Positions 48,983-58,791 of a DNA stretch of 64,000 nucleotides are shown in pieces (positions within the stretch are counted from its first letter, which is position 1; every line of letters begins with the position of its first letter). A model generated the notes under the pieces. It made no database searches. It was not told where the DNA came from and saw nothing but the letters and a program-made list of their open reading frames with translations. The stretch is taken from the IMG/VR virus record IMGVR_UViG_3300005613_000002, positions 1 through 64,000 of that record. One strand, 5' to 3'. The position numbers and the translations under genes were made by a program.

Positions 48983-49002
48983 ATAATTCTTTTTATATTA
49001 TT

Positions 49003-49030
49003 AAAAAAGGGAAAATAAATCCCCTTTTTT
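49003..49030 (-). terminator. Possible intrinsic terminator
   Basis: aaaaaaggg...ccccttttttt imperfect inverted repeat. Confidence 0.45.
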
Positions 49031-49045
49031 AATTATCATTATTTT

Positions 49046-50326
49046 TTAAAATGGTAAGTCATCATAATTATCTGAATCGTTATCAGATGTATCATCAGCA
49101 GGTACAGTATCTATAGGTGTAGTAGCAACTGGCTCAGTTTCCGCTAATACTTGCGCTTTAGGTTTAGTTTCCGCTAAAGCTTGTGCTCCAACATCCATTG
49201 CATCATCCTTATATTCAGTCACTTTAGATTCAGTAATTGTACCAATAGTAACATTATTATTAGTATGTGTTGCAGTAAGATCAGATGCTTGCTCAAAATT
49301 CTTATCAGTATCAGCATCAAGATTACGACTACGATTATTTGCTAATTCTTCCAAATCTGGACGACCCGGGAATACCCAACGTTTATTATTTTGGTCAGAA
49401 TCATCCCAATATGGACTTGTACCACTAACAAGCATCTCTAAATACTCATGAGGTGTAACATTAGGTGCTTTTTTTGGTAAAAACACATCTCTCCAACTAA
49501 TATCATCATCCAACCATTCTCTTGCGATTATTGGGTCTGTATGTAGCTTAGATTTACCTCGATATGTGATAGCTGAAATGGTTTTATATACATGACCATT
49601 AAATTCACTGTCAGCCATCATAATAGTTAAATCAGTTCCATTTTCAGGGTCAGAAAAATCTGCCTTTTGAGTAGAATAATATTCTTCTAAAATTGGAAGT
49701 AACTTATCTAATGAACCTTGATTTCTATAATTGTGTTTAAATCTCCAGAATTTAACACCATCTTTTTCTAATCCTTTATCAATTCCACGAACAATATAAA
49801 ATTTCTTAGCATCCCATTTAATTGCTTCTTTATAAATTTCATCATTTTTCGCTTTAACTTTAAGTTGTGCATCATTCATATTTTCTTTCTTAATTCCCTT
49901 CAATGATGGGTCTTGTTTTGAAAGAAGTTCTTTATGTTTTGCACATGCTGGACATGGTGCTGGCACTAATACTTGATTACCATTCATATCCAAAATAGGT
50001 TTACCTTCACCATCAAGTTTTGGTACTTTTGGGTCATTATGTGCTGGACAATAAACTATTGTCCCATGTTTTTTCTTTCCACCTGATGCATTAGATGTTA
50101 CCACATGGAAAAATGCTTCTTCAATGTGTCGTTTACCTGCTTTAGGTGGTAAAATTCTAAAAATTTCTTTTGGTTTTCGAGGAACAAAATATTTAGCTAA
50201 TAAGTCCTCTCGTGATTTTCTTCCACCGCCTTGAGTTTGTTTTTTTTGAAATTCGGTGAACATTTTTTTCAATTGAGATAAATCACCACCTTGGGTGTTC
50301 ATCTGGTTTCCATTTTGATTTTCCAT
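49046..50326 (-). CDS. Single-stranded DNA-binding protein (T4 gp32-like)
   Basis: FRILP...FFH...CP...CPAC Zn motif, D..NG.DL.I, acidic C-terminus ending DDLPF. Confidence 0.8.
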   Translation of the reverse strand: MENQNGNQMNTQGGDLSQLKKMFTEFQKKQTQGGGRKSREDLLAKYFVPRKPKEIFRILPPKAGKRHIEEAFFHVVTSNASGGKKKHGTIVYCPAHNDPKVPKLDGEGKPILDMNGNQVLVPAPCPACAKHKELLSKQDPSLKGIKKENMNDAQLKVKAKNDEIYKEAIKWDAKKFYIVRGIDKGLEKDGVKFWRFKHNYRNQGSLDKLLPILEEYYSTQKADFSDPENGTDLTIMMADSEFNGHVYKTISAITYRGKSKLHTDPIIAREWLDDDISWRDVFLPKKAPNVTPHEYLEMLVSGTSPYWDDSDQNNKRWVFPGRPDLEELANNRSRNLDADTDKNFEQASDLTATHTNNNVTIGTITESKVTEYKDDAMDVGAQALAETKPKAQVLAETEPVATTPIDTVPADDTSDNDSDNYDDLPF

Positions 50327-50372
50327 AATTAATATATTTCAGTATTATTATTTCAGTAATTAAACATTGCTA

Positions 50373-50403
50373 CAAATATAGCCTTCATTTTATATAAATA
50401 CAA
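50373..50403 (-). promoter_or_regulatory. Bacteroidota-type promoter TTG-N20-TATATTTG overlapping a GTATTTATA motif
   Basis: Heads the replication operon. Confidence 0.55.
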
Positions 50404-50441
50404 GTGTTTTTAAAAAAATACTTTGTTTTTTTTATTCGGTT

Positions 50442-51857
50442 TTAAACATTTAAAATCCCATCGTTAACGACTGTAAATGAGAGGGTTTCTTTATTTTCAT
50501 AATAGTCACCATTTTTTAATCTAATCTGTAATTTATAGTCTTGTGGTATTAACCACGAAGTATCAAGATTAAAATAATAACCACTATTTGTTCTGTTAAC
50601 TTGTGTAAATGGAATGATATCTACCTCATATTTACTACCAACTGTCATAAACAATCGATATTCAATATCTAAAGGTAAAAAAATATTTTGATTTGGATAT
50701 AATTCTTTAATAGTTAATTTTATCTTTCTTATTCCACCATTTCTAATTTTTTCTCTTTCTCCAATCCCCCAAAAATAAAAATAATAATTATCCATTACAA
50801 TTTGATTAGATTGGTCGAATGTTAAATATTTATCTTGTGAAATTAAATAAAATTCACCATCATGTGTTGTTTCTCTATTATTGTTAGTAATTGACCATTC
50901 ATCTCTAAATATTACTGCATCTGGATATGAATCAGAATCAACATTAATAGTAACTTTATAAACACCTTTTTGAACATTAACAATTGAATCACCAGTTATT
51001 GTTGTTAACAAATTATCTTCATTATCATAAATCTTCACACTATTAACTGTAACATTTTGTTTAATACCACCAGAATTAACATATAAATATAAATCATTAT
51101 CTTTATCTAAATAAAAATAATTTCTATCATCAACAATTGTATCATCAATTGTTGTTTCCAAATATGGTTCATATGCAGTATTAGTTTCTTTCGCATGGAA
51201 TCCAACAGCTTGTCTAAATTCAGTTTCTATTTCTTCATAAGCATCAGGAAATTTAATTCCAACACCATATGAAGTTCCAGTAAATATTGTTGTTCCAGTA
51301 TATCCAGTACCAAATAATCTTTGATTAACATAATCAGTTATATCAATATCAATATTCTCATTTCCCTTTTCAAATCTTTCAGTCCCTAAAATTTTAGTAA
51401 CTCCTGAACTATATAAACCATCAACATCCCAAGAAACACCAGTTTTTCCTGAATACCAGTTCGGTACTTGTTCTTCTAATCCAGTTGTTAAATAATCATC
51501 ATAAACAAAATCATAACCACTACCTTCATCCCAATCTTGATTGACATTAAATAACTCTAAATCAAAACTTGATGCCCTTTCAATAGTATCTGAATATGAT
51601 TTTTGACCAATATATTGAGAAGCATAGCTAATTGTATTTGTTAAGTGTAAAACATGTTTTTCAATATTATTTGGATTAATTAATCCTTGTATAATTCTTT
51701 CCCTAAGATTATCGAAATCAATATCTAAGATAAATCTACTAACCTGCTCATTTAGTGTACCGTATGATATCTCAGTAACTGGATTCTGAGAATTGTTCGT
51801 GATATTATTTTCTATCAGCGTAGCATTTTTTGAAAAATATGACCTAAATATTGACAT
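50442..51857 (-). CDS. Virion structural protein (beta-rich, baseplate/tail-associated)
   Basis: W.EG.GYD, Ig-like C-terminal segments; late-type motif upstream. Confidence 0.6.
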   Translation of the reverse strand: MSIFRSYFSKNATLIENNITNNSQNPVTEISYGTLNEQVSRFILDIDFDNLRERIIQGLINPNNIEKHVLHLTNTISYASQYIGQKSYSDTIERASSFDLELFNVNQDWDEGSGYDFVYDDYLTTGLEEQVPNWYSGKTGVSWDVDGLYSSGVTKILGTERFEKGNENIDIDITDYVNQRLFGTGYTGTTIFTGTSYGVGIKFPDAYEEIETEFRQAVGFHAKETNTAYEPYLETTIDDTIVDDRNYFYLDKDNDLYLYVNSGGIKQNVTVNSVKIYDNEDNLLTTITGDSIVNVQKGVYKVTINVDSDSYPDAVIFRDEWSITNNNRETTHDGEFYLISQDKYLTFDQSNQIVMDNYYFYFWGIGEREKIRNGGIRKIKLTIKELYPNQNIFLPLDIEYRLFMTVGSKYEVDIIPFTQVNRTNSGYYFNLDTSWLIPQDYKLQIRLKNGDYYENKETLSFTVVNDGILNV

Positions 51858-51886
51858 CTTCTTTTTTCATATAAATACGATAAAAC

Positions 51887-51914
51887 AAAAAAGACTACAC
51901 TTGGTAGTCTTTTT
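51887..51914. terminator. Intrinsic terminator
   Basis: aaaaagactac-acttg-gtagtcttttt. Confidence 0.78.
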
Positions 51915-51933
51915 AATATGATATTTTTAGATT

Positions 51934-53892
51934 TTATTTAATATTATTTTTAATTAAAATTTGAACTGCTTCTTTTTTTGACATACCATCATTAAAACCT
52001 CTATTATTTAATACCTGTCTTGCAGTCTTTATTTCTTCTTCATTAATTAATGGTTTATCATCATTTTTTTCTTCGGTTAATTTTCTCATAAAACCTAAAC
52101 TTCTAGTATCAGTTTCTTTTGTACCTCCTTGACCCCTAAGAGTGACACCACCTTTTACTTTCCCATCAACAGAAAATTCATTTCCGTTAGCATCTTCATA
52201 TCTATCACCAACATTACCTTGATATTCCTCATAATTATCATCTTCATCTATTGCTTTATTAACACCCTTTTCATCAGTATTTAATTTAGATAAATCATCT
52301 TCAGTTCCATCATTATCTAATATATCACTCAATGGATGGTCATCACCTACGTTTTTTGGTGAATATCCAAGTAAAACATCTTCCATTTCTTCTTGTGATT
52401 TATCTGAATCATTACTAATTTCATTTTTATCAGGTTCATCACATTGACCACTTTCCATTTTATCTAACTTAGTATAATAATCTGGAATTTCAGTTAAATG
52501 GTCAATTGCTATCTCCATTGCAATCAATGGGTCATCAGTATGTTCTAATTCTACAGCTAGACCCCTAATTATTTGTCCTGTATCAAATTCTTTAGCAGAT
52601 TTATTATCACCCAAACCACCACTTAATTCATCACCAGTTTCTTCTTTCTCTTTTTCAATTTGATTAACTTCTGGCTCACTAATTTGAACTTCTAGCTCAT
52701 TTTCAGTATCTTTTTGAGCTACATCATCATCTTCACTGATATTAACACTAGTTTGTGTTTTTTTCTTTAGTGTTGGATATTTTGTTTTTGATTTAAATTT
52801 TTGTCCGATTGGGTCAGGGTAATCACTTTTTTGTCCAGTTTCATTTAATCCTGTACCACCCTCATTTCCTGTCGCTAAAAAATTCTCGTATATTTTAATT
52901 GATTCTTCTTTAATTTTTTTTAGAAATTCTTCATGAGTAAAATTTTTACTAGTCATACCATATTTACTCAATTCATCATTAATATTATGAATTGCTGTTT
53001 TTATCACATATTGTTTTTGTTCTTTAGTTAAATTACTCATATGTTTTCTAGCACTATAACCAATAATATTATTATCATCTTGAGTAGCTACATTATCTAA
53101 ATTTTCATTAGTTGACGATATTCTTTTAATTTCATCATTTATTTCAGAAGTTGTTAAAGAACCATGTGGTCTACCTTTTTTTCTGGTTAAATTATCAATT
53201 GCATTATTTATAATTGCTCTCTTATTCTCAGGTAAACTATCAACTGGTGAATTATTGTTTTCATCAACATATTTATTTAATTCAGGTGCTTGTACTCTAA
53301 CATCAGGATTTGTTGGTTTTTCATCAGCATATGCTTTACCAGTTTGTAATCTATCTGAACCACCACCAAATGGATATGAATCAATCTTTTTTACAGCATT
53401 CACATATTCTTCATCAATTTCTGGTTCTTTTTCATCATAATCAATATAATCATCAATTATATCAAATAACTGACTACCATATTTAGCATTAAAATCTTTC
53501 AAATCATTTTCTTCCATATCAACAGATTCACCACTAGCAATATCATCAAAACTAAAACTAGTTAATATTACATCATTAACATTATATACACCATCTTGAT
53601 CTCCCTCTGTAGCATTTGATTTAAATGTAAATGTTATATTATTACCATTATTATCTAAACATAATAATTCTACAAATGTATCATCATCATTTGTTTGTGT
53701 ATTACTTTGTTTAACCTTTATTTTTTTTGATAACAATCCATTAAATGCAAAATCTAAAACGCTTTTAGAATTTAAATTATTAGTAGTGTTACCCATGAAT
53801 TCATTAACACTTATTTTATTAACTCTTTCCATCATTTCGAAAAGACGTTCTTTACCATTATTATTTTTTTTATGTGTTTTCATTTTATTCAA
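51934..53892 (-). CDS. Acidic head-associated protein with DUF5661-like motif
   Basis: GLAVELEHT...AMEIAIDHLTEIPDYYTKL; D/E-rich. Confidence 0.55.
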   Translation of the reverse strand: MNKMKTHKKNNNGKERLFEMMERVNKISVNEFMGNTTNNLNSKSVLDFAFNGLLSKKIKVKQSNTQTNDDDTFVELLCLDNNGNNITFTFKSNATEGDQDGVYNVNDVILTSFSFDDIASGESVDMEENDLKDFNAKYGSQLFDIIDDYIDYDEKEPEIDEEYVNAVKKIDSYPFGGGSDRLQTGKAYADEKPTNPDVRVQAPELNKYVDENNNSPVDSLPENKRAIINNAIDNLTRKKGRPHGSLTTSEINDEIKRISSTNENLDNVATQDDNNIIGYSARKHMSNLTKEQKQYVIKTAIHNINDELSKYGMTSKNFTHEEFLKKIKEESIKIYENFLATGNEGGTGLNETGQKSDYPDPIGQKFKSKTKYPTLKKKTQTSVNISEDDDVAQKDTENELEVQISEPEVNQIEKEKEETGDELSGGLGDNKSAKEFDTGQIIRGLAVELEHTDDPLIAMEIAIDHLTEIPDYYTKLDKMESGQCDEPDKNEISNDSDKSQEEMEDVLLGYSPKNVGDDHPLSDILDNDGTEDDLSKLNTDEKGVNKAIDEDDNYEEYQGNVGDRYEDANGNEFSVDGKVKGGVTLRGQGGTKETDTRSLGFMRKLTEEKNDDKPLINEEEIKTARQVLNNRGFNDGMSKKEAVQILIKNNIK

Positions 53893-54331
53893 ATATTATA
53901 GGATTATTTTTACCAAAATCTCTCATTAATACTCCTGCAAGAGCATTTGCTTCATTTTCTTCATCACTACCCGTTTCTCCTGAATTCGGATTTAATTTAC
54001 CTTCTTTATCTTGTTTATTGTGAATGAATTCATGTGCAATTGTTCTTAAAATATCAGCTAAGTTTCTATTTATTGCAATAACAATAATTTTATTATCTTC
54101 AACCTGATATTGCCCAAACGATTTCATTTCTTGAGCTAATTTTTTATCATAGGAAAGTTCAACGCTTGGAAAATCACCATTTAATTCGAGTCTATCATTA
54201 AGAAATTTAACAAATTCAGTAACAATTTCATCTCTTTTTTCAGTTGATAATACTTCTTCGTTTAATTTATTAACTCTTTTCATCATTTGAAAGAGTCTTT
54301 CCTTAGAACCATGTGAATGATTGATTTTCAT
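53885..54331 (-). CDS. Zincin-like HExxH metallopeptidase
   Basis: LRTIAHEFIH..Q followed by E.EANA.AG. Confidence 0.7.
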   Translation of the reverse strand: MKINHSHGSKERLFQMMKRVNKLNEEVLSTEKRDEIVTEFVKFLNDRLELNGDFPSVELSYDKKLAQEMKSFGQYQVEDNKIIVIAINRNLADILRTIAHEFIHNKQDKEGKLNPNSGETGSDEENEANALAGVLMRDFGKNNPIIFE

Positions 54332-54333
54332 TA

Positions 54334-55041
54334 TTAAACATCATTAAAACTATTCTGTACATCACCTTTTGATTTTAATGGTAATTCATCAAAATCAGCA
54401 ATATATGTACCATCAGGTAATTCTCTAATTCCTTTACTTGCTTCTTTTTCACGTTGTTCATTAAACCAATTCCCAGACCAAAAATCATTCAAATTATAAT
54501 AATATGGATGTGAAACATTTTTCTTATCTACAAGTTTTTCAGTGTTTGTTGGTTCACGAACTTCTTCCACTTCAGCACTTAAATTAGTTAATTTACTATC
54601 TAATGCTGTTGTCATACTATTAAGACTTTCTAATTGGTCACTAATGCCCTTCATTGCCTCAATATTATGTTTAATTATTTCGTTTTGAATATCATCAACT
54701 TCTTCTGCTGGTTCAGCGTCTGGTATTGCTTCAACTGGTGGTTCTTCACCTGTTGATTGTTCTTCACTACCTTGGTCAAATTCAGGAACAGGAGGTTCAG
54801 CACCAATTGGTTTATCAGTACCTATAGGTTGGTCATTAGATGGTTCAGGGGGTTGTTTTCCACCATCTGGTTTAGGTGCATCTTCTTGGTCACCAACTTC
54901 AGTTAATGGTACATCATCAAATTCATCACCATCTTCAACTAATGGTTGATATTTAGGTGATTCATTAATTTTATAATCATAATTATATTTAATCTTTCTA
55001 AGATGTTCTTCGAAAAGATTTGATTTTTTTTCAGCTTCCAT
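54334..55041 (-). CDS. Acidic Pro/Glu-rich protein, scaffold-like
   Basis: P/E-rich linker and coiled-coil segment. Confidence 0.55.
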   Translation of the reverse strand: MEAEKKSNLFEEHLRKIKYNYDYKINESPKYQPLVEDGDEFDDVPLTEVGDQEDAPKPDGGKQPPEPSNDQPIGTDKPIGAEPPVPEFDQGSEEQSTGEEPPVEAIPDAEPAEEVDDIQNEIIKHNIEAMKGISDQLESLNSMTTALDSKLTNLSAEVEEVREPTNTEKLVDKKNVSHPYYYNLNDFWSGNWFNEQREKEASKGIRELPDGTYIADFDELPLKSKGDVQNSFNDV

Positions 55042-55051
55042 TTAGTGAATA

Positions 55052-55228
55052 TTAATAATGTTCTCTTAATAATTGTTTACCGTTTTTTGTAACGTAAATT
55101 TTATCAACACGCTCAATTAATCCTTCTCTTTCGTCAAGAATTACTTTTTTTGGATTAACTGTTTCTGTTTTTTTACCTTCAGGAACACCAATAAAATCAC
55201 TAAGTGCTTTATCTACATTTTTTTCCAT
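55052..55228 (-). CDS. 58-aa hypothetical protein not in the ORF track
   Basis: Hand translation MEKNVDKALSDFIGVPEG...GKQLLREHY*; GTATTTATA motif at 55246-55254. Confidence 0.7.
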   Translation of the reverse strand: MEKNVDKALSDFIGVPEGKKTETVNPKKVILDEREGLIERVDKIYVTKNGKQLLREHY

Positions 55229-55264
55229 AGTACTTATTATTTTAATATAAATACTATGTTATAA

Positions 55265-55945
55265 TCATTTTGTCAAAAATGTGATTATATATCTTTTAAG
55301 TTGTTGGAATTTTGGAAGTTTTTTGTAGTAATTTTGATATGTTTCACCTTCCAAATCATCATATATATCTGTGGTTCTTTCACCGATTCTAGTTAATATT
55401 TCATCAATATTAAACTTAAAAAATTCATACATTTTAAGATTAATACCAGATATTTGATTCCCCTCTTTAAGGTCAATACTAGATGTTTGACCACCTTTTT
55501 CATGTTTTGATAAAATATAAAGCATTTCATTTTTATAATTATATATTGTATCAATTTTTTTAGGGAGAACATCCATAAGGTCTTCAATATATCCTAACTG
55601 AAAAAAAACTGGGTCTAAATTAACGTATGTATATTTTGGAGTAAAATAAAATTGAGGTATGAATTTAGTAAAATTATCTATCCCTTTAACATGTGATGAT
55701 CTATTTTCATCATAACTAAACTCCCAATATAACTCATTACCTACAATTTTGTTGTGTAATATGTTTGCATTTTGAATAATATCATTATCAGGATTACATT
55801 TTTTCATAAACAACCATCCAACATACAAAGTTGGTAGTGTTTTATCGATTTTATCATATTCAATTGGCTCATTATAGTAATTAATATAATCAACTTTAGT
55901 ATGATTAACTAAATCCTTTTCGTAAATAATATTAGCTATTTTCAT
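55265..55945 (-). CDS. Hypothetical protein
   Basis: 226-aa ORF; PTLYVGW motif; near-consensus Bacteroidota promoter upstream. Confidence 0.65.
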   Translation of the reverse strand: MKIANIIYEKDLVNHTKVDYINYYNEPIEYDKIDKTLPTLYVGWLFMKKCNPDNDIIQNANILHNKIVGNELYWEFSYDENRSSHVKGIDNFTKFIPQFYFTPKYTYVNLDPVFFQLGYIEDLMDVLPKKIDTIYNYKNEMLYILSKHEKGGQTSSIDLKEGNQISGINLKMYEFFKFNIDEILTRIGERTTDIYDDLEGETYQNYYKKLPKFQQLKRYIITFLTK

Positions 55946-56001
55946 ATTTTTCGATATATGGGTGACAAGATAATTATTTTTTAGTTAAAATACAAGGTTT
56001 A

Positions 56002-56604
56002 TTATTTTGTTTCAAACTTATAACCATATTTATCAATTATTAGTTTATCTCTTTCCATAATAATTTCAATTGTTTTATCGTTATGATATTCACTATAATG
56101 TGAATGTTGTGAAGTATTTATCTTTTTAGTGTTATATAAAATTTCCTTTTGTTCTTCATTTAATGGAAAATTATTTTCATCAAAACATTTAATTAAATCT
56201 TCTTCTAAATTTTCAAATCTACATATAAAATCAGGATATATATTAAAGACTTTATTATGTCGAAAAGTATAGACACCAATATTGTCTCTATTACAAATAT
56301 TCATATTTATATCATGTAACATTCCCTTTTGTTCATACAATAATTCCATAAATTCTGGGAATGTTTTATTTTTTGAAAATTTACCATGAACATTAACACC
56401 AAATATATACCATGAAACATACCAATCAAACGGATTTCTTATTGTTCCGAAAATAAATTTATTTTTCGGTCTAACATTTAATCCTAAATGCTTTTGATGT
56501 GGATTCCACTTTGTTTTTGAAATATTATCATCTAAATATGTGCTAACAAACGTACCAGCACATTTTTGTAAATGAACATATATGAATTTTGGATGTCTAA
56601 CCAT
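56002..56604 (-). CDS. Sulfotransferase family 2-like protein
   Basis: FIYVHLQKCAGT (5'-PSB loop), F.TIRNPFDWYVS (3'-PB), RFENLEED. Confidence 0.8.
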   Translation of the reverse strand: MVRHPKFIYVHLQKCAGTFVSTYLDDNISKTKWNPHQKHLGLNVRPKNKFIFGTIRNPFDWYVSWYIFGVNVHGKFSKNKTFPEFMELLYEQKGMLHDINMNICNRDNIGVYTFRHNKVFNIYPDFICRFENLEEDLIKCFDENNFPLNEEQKEILYNTKKINTSQHSHYSEYHNDKTIEIIMERDKLIIDKYGYKFETK

Positions 56605-56607
56605 AAT

Positions 56608-57606
56608 TTATTTTTCTCTTAATATTTTACAAATTCTTTCAGCACTATGTCCATCACCAAATGGACTGTTATAATTAATCTCATAATCATTAATATGAGT
56701 TTGAAAAGTATCAAACAAATCTTCAGGTTTATCTATCATAAATGTACTTTGTCCTATCGCTTCTGGTCTTTCAGTTACTTTTCGACATGTTAAACATTTT
56801 TTATTAAAAAATGAACATTCTTCTTGAATCCCACCACTATCTGTAATAACTAATCTTGTTTTAACTAATAGTTTTAATAATTTATCATGTGACATTGGTT
56901 CAACCACTTTCACATATTTAAACATTTCTTTATATTTTTGTACATTAGGATTTGGATGTAATGGTAGGATGAATTCATAAGCAATATAATGTTCAGCTAT
57001 TTTTTCTAATTCCTTAAACCATTTTTCCATTTCAACATGATTTTCACGTCTATGCATTGTGATTAATATTTTATTCTTATATTCACAATCTTTTTTATAT
57101 GGTAATAAATTATCAAGAACTGTGTTACCAACATCATATTTTAATCCACCAATTCTTTCGTTATTTAAAACTTTTACTGCATTAAATGTTGGACATAGAT
57201 GAATATCAGTGATTTGTGATACTAATCTACGATTTTGTTCCTCTGGATATGGATTTGAGTTATCATATGTTCTTAAACCTGCTTCAAGATGAATTACTTT
57301 TATTCTATGATGAAATGCTGATAATGCGACAGCTAGTACTGATGTTGTATCACCCTGAACTAAAACATAATCAATGTCTTCTAAAATATTAGAAAATATT
57401 GACATTATAGATTTTACTATATTATCTAACCTATTATTATTATCATCAATAATATCGATATGATAATCTGCTTTCTTTTCTTTTAATAAATCTTTATGTT
57501 GTCCAGTAAATAGTGTAATATATTTAATATTATTTGAATCAAACTCATGCATTATTGATTTCAGTTTAATATATTCTGGTCTTGTTCCGTATGCTATTAA
57601 TATCAT
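56608..57606 (-). CDS. wecB: UDP-N-acetylglucosamine 2-epimerase
   Basis: GTRPEYIK, TGQH, VQGDTTS, HLEAGLR, T.HRREN, TDSGGIQEE, FGDG.SAERI. Confidence 0.93.
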   Translation of the reverse strand: MILIAYGTRPEYIKLKSIMHEFDSNNIKYITLFTGQHKDLLKEKKADYHIDIIDDNNNRLDNIVKSIMSIFSNILEDIDYVLVQGDTTSVLAVALSAFHHRIKVIHLEAGLRTYDNSNPYPEEQNRRLVSQITDIHLCPTFNAVKVLNNERIGGLKYDVGNTVLDNLLPYKKDCEYKNKILITMHRRENHVEMEKWFKELEKIAEHYIAYEFILPLHPNPNVQKYKEMFKYVKVVEPMSHDKLLKLLVKTRLVITDSGGIQEECSFFNKKCLTCRKVTERPEAIGQSTFMIDKPEDLFDTFQTHINDYEINYNSPFGDGHSAERICKILREK

Positions 57607-58178
57607 AATTTGATTTTTAATTCTTTTATTTGATTATATAAATCACCCAAGTCAATTTCTGATTTATTATTTAAATTATATTTTTTATCTGTTGTTCCAC
57701 AACCACCACTTCTATTCATTATCAAGTCAGTTGTTATAATTTCATTAGATAATTTATCAATATTAAATTTTTTGGAAACCAAATCGATAAACTTTTCTTC
57801 ATTACCTAATATGTCTTCATGAAAAACAATTATTACTTTTGATTCAAATTTATTAAAAAATTTAATATAATCAGCAATACCTCTTAAATAAATATCTATT
57901 ATTTCATTTTCTGAAAATCTTCTCCATTTTTTAAATGATGAAATAAAATTTCCACTTTCTTTTAAAACAATAATAAAATTTTCACCTAATTCTATATTTG
58001 GTTTACAATGTTTAGTTGCAATGAAACTGGTTTTAATGTATGAATCTTCAACATTTTTTGGTTTTTGAACTTTAGAATGCATTGATTTATAATTATTATC
58101 TAAATTATTTTTAATTAAAAACTCAACATAATTTGTTCCAGTTCTAGGTAACCCATATATTTGTATCTTATTCATCAT
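57603..58178 (-). CDS. Sulfotransferase-like P-loop protein
   Basis: IYGLPRTGTNY motif. Confidence 0.55.
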   Translation of the reverse strand: MMNKIQIYGLPRTGTNYVEFLIKNNLDNNYKSMHSKVQKPKNVEDSYIKTSFIATKHCKPNIELGENFIIVLKESGNFISSFKKWRRFSENEIIDIYLRGIADYIKFFNKFESKVIIVFHEDILGNEEKFIDLVSKKFNIDKLSNEIITTDLIMNRSGGCGTTDKKYNLNNKSEIDLGDLYNQIKELKIKL

Positions 58179-58791
58179 TCAATTTCTTTAATATTAAATA
58201 AACAATATTTAAACCACTATATGTTTCATTCACTGCAACAGAATTACTTCCATTCAATATACTCTCAACACGAACACATTTTTCATTCACTAATTCTTCT
58301 ATTTCAGGAAGATTTACCCTTGGATAATCAAAAGTAAGAATTAAATAGCCATTAGTTTTTACCTGTTTAAATAAATTATTAATTGCTTTTTTTCTTTCTT
58401 CTTCTTTTGGTATATGTTCTATTGTTGACACATTTAAAACAAAATCAAAAGTGTTTTCAAATTCTTTATTTTCTGTTGTAATATCATAATAGAAAGTATC
58501 TCTAACCTTTGATTCAGAAATATCAGAATGAACACATTCACCAATTTCAGTTAACATATCTCTAAATATAACATGCACTCCTTCAAAACCCCAAGAACTA
58601 TTATGTATTTTTGGTTTTATCCCATTTTTATTTTCATTAATGAAATCATTCACATATCTATATTCATATGGTCTTGACCACATTTTAGGTCTCACAAACT
58701 TTTCATCATAGACATCATTATTTGATGCAAATCTAAAATCTATTACTTTAAAATTATTCATCTTTTTATATTTTATAATCCAATATGCCAC
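58168..58791 (-). CDS. Class I SAM-dependent methyltransferase-like protein
   Basis: WSR.YEY, FDFVLNVSTIEHI, GYLILTFD. Confidence 0.65.
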   Translation of the reverse strand: MAYWIIKYKKMNNFKVIDFRFASNNDVYDEKFVRPKMWSRPYEYRYVNDFINENKNGIKPKIHNSSWGFEGVHVIFRDMLTEIGECVHSDISESKVRDTFYYDITTENKEFENTFDFVLNVSTIEHIPKEEERKKAINNLFKQVKTNGYLILTFDYPRVNLPEIEELVNEKCVRVESILNGSNSVAVNETYSGLNIVYLILKKLNDE

